DNA of 64,000 nucleotides from Clostridia bacterium (GTDB lineage Bacteria; Bacillota; Clostridia; TANB77; CAG-465): NCBI GenBank assembly GCA_028692955.1, contig JAQUWH010000001.1, positions 130,143 to 194,142 of the forward strand, read 5' to 3'. Shown piece by piece: positions 59,158 to 64,000 of this stretch (position 1 is its first letter; each line of letters starts with the position of its first letter). The notes under the pieces were generated by a model. It saw only the letters and a program-made list of their open reading frames with translations, ran no database searches and was not told where the DNA came from. The position numbers and the translations under genes were made by a program.

Positions 59158-59608
59158 ATGATGAAACTATCAGATTTAATTGAAGAATATATTTTAGATA
59201 TCTTTAGTGAGAATGAAATGGTTGAATTAAAAAGAAGCCAATTGGCTAGTAAATTTAATTGTGTCCCCTCACAAATCAATTATGTAATTGCAACAAGGTT
59301 TATACCAGAGTTGGGTTTTTCTGTAGAAAGTAGAAGAGGCCGGTGGCGGATACATAAAGATAGTTAGGGCTAAATTGGAGAGAGCAGACCATTTGTCGGA
59401 TATTATTGACAAGATAAGTCAAAGTTTGTCGCAAAGTGAGTTAGATGTTTACTTAAATGATTTTGTAAGATATAATATGTTGGATGAAAAAACTGCTATG
59501 CTACTTAGAGTAGCACTTTCAGATAAAAGTTTAATTAAAGTAGATAAATTGGATAGAGATATGGTAAGAGCAGATATGCTCAAAAATGTTATTATCAATA
59601 TTATATAA
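59158..59608 (+). pseudogene. ctsR: ctsR (class III stress gene repressor) with a 1-nt frameshift
   Basis: ORFs 59158-59367 and 59375-59608 together span CtsR. The frame breaks at ggc-c-ggt-ggc-gga (59338-59347). Removing one base restores ESRRGGGGYIKIVRAKLERADH. Confidence 0.8.
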
Positions 59609-59621
59609 AGGAGTGATTAGT

Positions 59622-60098
59622 ATGAAATGTCAAAGTTGTGGAAAAAAGGAAGCAACAGTTAGATATTATGAGAATATTAATGGATTAAAGCAAGAAGTTC
59701 ATTTTTGTATTGATTGTGCCAATAAAGTAGGTTTAGCTAACGTTATCGATATTTTTTCTCCTATGTTTCTCCCTATTTCTGAATATCATTTAGATGATGG
59801 GGTAGCTTGTAAAACTTGTGGATATACATTAGCTGATTATTCTGCTACTGGGTTACTTGGCTGTCCAGATTGTTATGAAACTTTTGGTAGTAGCTTAGAT
59901 GATGTGTTCTATAAAATACATGGAAAAAATAGACATATAAAAATGCCAGATAAATTAAGCAAAAAATCATTATCTAAAGAAGAAGCAAAAAATAAGGAAA
60001 TAAAAGAATTGAAAAATAAAATAAAAGAGCTAATTGAAGAGGAAAAATATGAAGAAGCGGCGAAGGTACGTGACGAAATAAAAAAACTAGAAAGGTAG
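59622..60098 (+). CDS. mcsA: McsA (zinc-finger / UVR-motif activator of McsB)
   Basis: about 158 aa; CQSCGKK ... CIDC, CKTCG ... CPDC, C-terminal EEEKYEEAAKVRDEIKKLE; start ATG 59622 after AAGGAG. Confidence 0.85.
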   Translation: MKCQSCGKKEATVRYYENINGLKQEVHFCIDCANKVGLANVIDIFSPMFLPISEYHLDDGVACKTCGYTLADYSATGLLGCPDCYETFGSSLDDVFYKIHGKNRHIKMPDKLSKKSLSKEEAKNKEIKELKNKIKELIEEEKYEEAAKVRDEIKKLER

Positions 60099-60104
60099 GA
60101 GATA

Positions 60105-61103
60105 GTGATGTGGTTTAATAATATATCAAAAGATTCTGATGTGGTTATTTCATCTAGAGTACGTTTTGCAAGAAGTATAGAAGGGTATAAATTTCCACAT
60201 ATGCTTAACTCAAAAGAGTTGAATATGGTTATCAATCTAATTGACAAAGCTATTGATAAAGACGAATATCACTTGTTTAAAATGAGGGATATAGATGAAG
60301 TAACGCAAAATTCATTAAAAGAACAACATCTCATTTCAAAGGAATTCGTTGGAAATAATGATGGAGCGATTGTATCTAATGAGGATAATACTATTGTTGT
60401 CATGGTAAATGAAGAAGACCATTTGAGGATACAGTCATTTGAGTCTGGTTTTAATATAGATAAATGCTATGAAAATATTGCAAGATTTACAGATGCTTTA
60501 AGTGAAAAAGTAAAATTTGCAAAGAGCGATAAGTATGGTTACCTTATATCATGTCCAACTAATATTGGATCTGCTATGAGAGTATCAGTGATGATGCATT
60601 TACCTGCTTTGGCAAAAGCAAAGCTATTAAACAAACTATTTGACCAAGCAATGGAAATAGGGATATCTGTTAGAGGATTATATGGTGAAAATAGTGATGG
60701 AACTGGAAATATCTTTCAAATATCAAATCAAAAAACATTGGGAGTATCTGATGAAGATATCATGTATAATATAAAATTAGTAGTTACATCTATTATAGAG
60801 CAAGAAAGAAAGGCCAGAGAGATCCTTTTAAAATCAAATATTGCATTAGAAGATTCTATTTATAGGGCCTATGGCATCTTAAAAAACGCTAGGACGATAG
60901 AGGAAGAAGAGGCGTTAGACCTATTATCAAAAGTAAGACTAGGTGTTTCTGCTAAAGTGATACCTCATATTCCGTTAGAACAAATTCAAAGTTTAATGGT
61001 AGATATTGAACCAAACACATTAAAAACAATTTTAAAAGAAGAATTTAATAAAGAAGAAGAAAACAATAAAAGAGCTGAATATATAAGAAAGGAGCTGATA
61101 TAA
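60105..61103 (+). CDS. mcsB: protein arginine kinase McsB
   Basis: 332 aa; guanidino-kinase motifs EEDHLRIQ, CPTNIGSAMR; start GTG 60105 or ATG 60108. Confidence 0.9.
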   Translation: MMWFNNISKDSDVVISSRVRFARSIEGYKFPHMLNSKELNMVINLIDKAIDKDEYHLFKMRDIDEVTQNSLKEQHLISKEFVGNNDGAIVSNEDNTIVVMVNEEDHLRIQSFESGFNIDKCYENIARFTDALSEKVKFAKSDKYGYLISCPTNIGSAMRVSVMMHLPALAKAKLLNKLFDQAMEIGISVRGLYGENSDGTGNIFQISNQKTLGVSDEDIMYNIKLVVTSIIEQERKAREILLKSNIALEDSIYRAYGILKNARTIEEEEALDLLSKVRLGVSAKVIPHIPLEQIQSLMVDIEPNTLKTILKEEFNKEEENNKRAEYIRKELI

Positions 61104-63539
61104 ATGTATGAATTTACAGGAAGGGCAACAAGAGTATTGGAACTAGCAAAAGAATTTTCAAAAGAGCACAATTATTCTTTTATTGGAACAGAACATATTT
61201 TGTATGGTCTTGTAGAAGAAGGAGAAGGATTAGCCAGTAAGATTTTATCGAATCAAGGCTTAACGTCGCAATATGTAGAGGAAGAAATTGTTAAAATAGA
61301 TGGTGTCATGAACACCTTAGATGGTGAAATAGAATTTACGCCAAGAGCAAAAAGAATTATAGAAAATAGTGCAAAAGAATCAAAAAGAATGGGCCAAAAT
61401 TACGTAGGAACAGAGCATATACTGTTATCTCTTATGAGGGAAATTGATAGTGTGGCTGTTAGAATATTAATTGATGCTGATATTGATCCTCAAAAAATTT
61501 TTGCTGATTTATTAAGATTACTGAGTGAAGATTCACCAGTATCTGGATTTAGTGATTCGGCAGCTACAAAAAATATGGGTAGTAGTAACACTCCTACCTT
61601 AAATCAGTATGGAAAAGACTTGACATCTTTTGCCAAAGAAAATAAATTAGATCCTGTGATTGGTAGAGCAAATGAAATACAGAGAATTATTGAAATATTA
61701 AGTAGAAGAACTAAAAATAATCCTGTTTTAATTGGGGAACCTGGTGTTGGTAAAACTGCTGTTGTAGAGGGACTTGCACAAATGATAATAGATGGTAAAG
61801 TGCCAGAAATACTGAAAAATAAAAGAGTGGTTAGCTTAGATATGTCATCAATGATTGCTGGAGCTAAATATAGAGGAGATTTTGAAGAGAGGTTAAAAAA
61901 GTCTTTACAAGAAATTAAAAAAGTTGGTAATGTTATTTTATTTATTGATGAAATGCATACAATTATCGGTGCCGGGGCTGCAGAAGGAGCAATGGATGCT
62001 GCTAATATATTAAAACCATTACTTTCAAGAGGAGAAGTTCAAATTATTGGAGCGACTACCTTAAATGAATATAGAAAATATATTGAAAAGGATGCTGCTT
62101 TAGAAAGAAGATTTCAAAGCGTATTAATTGATGAACCAAACACAGAAGACACTATTCGTATTCTAAAAGGATTAAAGGATAAATATGAGGCACATCATAA
62201 AGTAAAAATAACGGAAGAGGCTATCAAGCAAGCTGTTGTTTTGTCGCAAAGATATATTAATGATAGGTTTTTACCAGATAAAGCAATTGATTTGATTGAT
62301 GAAGCATGCTCTAAAATAAAATTAAAAACAGTAACAATGCCAGAGAATATCACAAAGTTAGAAAAGAAAATTGAGAAGACTTCCAAGGAAAAAGAAGAGG
62401 CCATCATATCACAATCATTTGAAGAAGCTGCAAAGCTAAGAGATGATGAAAAAAAATTAAGAGAAAAATTATCAACAGAAAAAGAAAATTGGAGTAAAAA
62501 TGAAAAAAATAAAGAACCAAAAGTAACAGAAGCAGATATTTGTAATGTGATTTCTGGTTGGACAAAAATTCCAGTGAGTAAATTAACTGAAACTGAAGCA
62601 GAAAGGCTAAAAAAATTAGATCATATCTTGAAAGAAAGAGTCATCGGCCAAGATGAGGCAGTAGAATCTTTAGCTCGTGCTATTAAAAGAGCAAGAGTTG
62701 GATTAAAAGATGAAAAAAGACCAATAGGTTCTTTTATGTTGCTTGGGCCTACAGGTGTTGGTAAAACAGAACTTACAAAAGCGCTAGCAGAGAATTTATT
62801 TGGTGATGAAAATGCCATGGTAAGATTTGATATGTCTGAATATATGGAACCCCATAGTATTTCGAAATTAATTGGATCTCCTCCAGGCTATGTTGGTTAT
62901 GATGAAGGTGGACAGCTAACAGAACAAGTAAGACGCAAACCATATAGTATTGTATTATTTGATGAAATTGAAAAAGCACATCCAGATGTATTTAACATGT
63001 TACTACAAATACTAGAGGATGGAAGATTAACTGATTCAAATGGAAGAACTGTTAATTTTAAAAATACAGTTGTTATTATGACTTCAAATGCTGGGGCAAG
63101 AAATATAGTAGAGAATCATTCTATTGGTTTTATTAGTAAAGAAGATAGTAAAAAAGATTATGAAAAAACAAAAGAACAGGTACTATCTGAGTTAAAGAAA
63201 ATATTTAGGCCTGAATTTTTAAATCGATTAGACGAAATTATCGTGTTTAAAAAGTTGTCAGCAGAAAGTATTCAAGCCATTACTAAATTAATGATTGCTG
63301 AATTTGAAAAGAGATTACAAGCTAAAAATATGAAACTTGTGATAAGTGACGATGTAATTAAGTATATTAGTAAAGTTGGGTTTGATGAAGTGTATGGTGC
63401 AAGACCGTTAAGAAGGGCAATCCAAAATAAAATTGAAGATAAATTTGCTGAAGCTATATTGGATGGAAATATTAAAGATGGAGATAAGGTAAGTGTTAAC
63501 CTAAAAGACGAAGAAATTATAATAGAAAAAAGTGAATAA
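61104..63539 (+). CDS. clpC: ATP-dependent Clp protease ATP-binding subunit ClpC
   Basis: 811 aa; two Clp_N repeats, Walker A GEPGVGKT and GPTGVGKT, UVR linker (FEEAAKLRDDEKKL). Confidence 0.96.
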   Translation: MYEFTGRATRVLELAKEFSKEHNYSFIGTEHILYGLVEEGEGLASKILSNQGLTSQYVEEEIVKIDGVMNTLDGEIEFTPRAKRIIENSAKESKRMGQNYVGTEHILLSLMREIDSVAVRILIDADIDPQKIFADLLRLLSEDSPVSGFSDSAATKNMGSSNTPTLNQYGKDLTSFAKENKLDPVIGRANEIQRIIEILSRRTKNNPVLIGEPGVGKTAVVEGLAQMIIDGKVPEILKNKRVVSLDMSSMIAGAKYRGDFEERLKKSLQEIKKVGNVILFIDEMHTIIGAGAAEGAMDAANILKPLLSRGEVQIIGATTLNEYRKYIEKDAALERRFQSVLIDEPNTEDTIRILKGLKDKYEAHHKVKITEEAIKQAVVLSQRYINDRFLPDKAIDLIDEACSKIKLKTVTMPENITKLEKKIEKTSKEKEEAIISQSFEEAAKLRDDEKKLREKLSTEKENWSKNEKNKEPKVTEADICNVISGWTKIPVSKLTETEAERLKKLDHILKERVIGQDEAVESLARAIKRARVGLKDEKRPIGSFMLLGPTGVGKTELTKALAENLFGDENAMVRFDMSEYMEPHSISKLIGSPPGYVGYDEGGQLTEQVRRKPYSIVLFDEIEKAHPDVFNMLLQILEDGRLTDSNGRTVNFKNTVVIMTSNAGARNIVENHSIGFISKEDSKKDYEKTKEQVLSELKKIFRPEFLNRLDEIIVFKKLSAESIQAITKLMIAEFEKRLQAKNMKLVISDDVIKYISKVGFDEVYGARPLRRAIQNKIEDKFAEAILDGNIKDGDKVSVNLKDEEIIIEKSE

Positions 63540-63544
63540 AAAGA

Positions 63545-63573
63545 AGTTCCTGAAAAAGTCAGGAACTTTTTTT
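63545..63573 (+). terminator. rho-independent terminator after clpC
   Basis: perfect 9-bp stem agttcctga/tcaggaact, then TTTTTT. Confidence 0.8.
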
Positions 63574-63841
63574 AGTCAAATAAAAATCTGATCAAAAGAG
63601 TAGCATCGATGATTTTAAGTTTAGATTCTTTGTTGACATGATAAATTTTTCCTATCATAATATGTTCTATAAATATGGTAGCAAGCATAACAGTCATATG
63701 TTTTCAGACAATAAATTAACGTAGTTAGATAACATGAAGTTAAATTTGTAAAATTCATGCTATATAAACAATAAAATTACAATAAATATTGAATTATAGC
63801 AATCATTGTGGTATATTATATAATATAAGGAGGGGATTTTT

Positions 63842-64000
63842 ATGGAATTCATGGATAGAGTAACAAAAATATCAAAAATTGTTGGAAAAACGGCAACAGA
63901 TACATATAATACAGTTGCTGATAAATCGGGTAAGGTTTTTGAGGACGCAAAGTTAAAATTATCGATTGCAGATAAAGAGACCGAAATTGAAAAAGTATAT
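63842..64000 (+). CDS. hypothetical protein, 5-prime partial (runs off the window)
   Basis: ATG 63842 after AGGAGG; open to the window end (MEFMDRVTKISKIVGKTATD ...); coiled-coil-like N-terminus. Confidence 0.4.
   Translation, partial: MEFMDRVTKISKIVGKTATDTYNTVADKSGKVFEDAKLKLSIADKETEIEKVY

Noticed and set aside
1..64000. CRISPR arrays, tRNA or rRNA genes, large direct repeats
   Set aside because: Scanning the intergenic regions by eye showed no regularly spaced repeats and no cloverleaf-like or rRNA-like GC-rich segments. The only duplicated unit noticed is the SASP gene pair.

Overview
This is a 64-kb window from a very AT-rich, endospore-forming Firmicute that looks Clostridia-like (spo0A, two alpha/beta SASP genes, yabG, mecA, ctsR-mcsA-mcsB-clpC). 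Most of it is core housekeeping. In order: acpP-rnc, a split transketolase, rarA, envelope genes (LCP, DD-carboxypeptidase, comEA), rpsF-ssb-rpsR, a PadR/DUF1700/DUF4097 module, rpsT, the S10-spc ribosomal cluster from rpsJ to secY, spo0A, gdpP-rplI-dnaB-tilS-ftsH, and the ctsR operon. I saw no rRNA, tRNA or CRISPR array. The main finding is that the sporulation protease gene yabG is split into a 5-prime segment (26243-26751) and a 3-prime segment (32381-32750). The split is caused by a 5,629-bp element that carries a large serine recombinase with an embedded LysM-like module. The element also carries a small upstream ORF (candidate RDF), two GT2 glycosyltransferases and a PP2C-like protein. 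The crossover core (ACATG, centre CA) can be read at both junctions. Precise excision would restore an in-frame 292-aa YabG, the same logic as skin in sigK or SPbeta in spsM. Secondary observations are listed below.
- A Tad/Flp pilus gene set has no ATPase or prepilin peptidase.
- ctsR carries a 1-nt frameshift in its Gly-loop codons, behind an intact CtsR operator.
- An unusually long ThyX-like protein is paired with a Tmk-like kinase.
- A promoter-to-terminator unit of about 250 nt lies after rpsR.
- The spc operon lacks rpmD and ends at secY.
All calls rest on reading the translated ORFs and motifs by eye. No database search was run.
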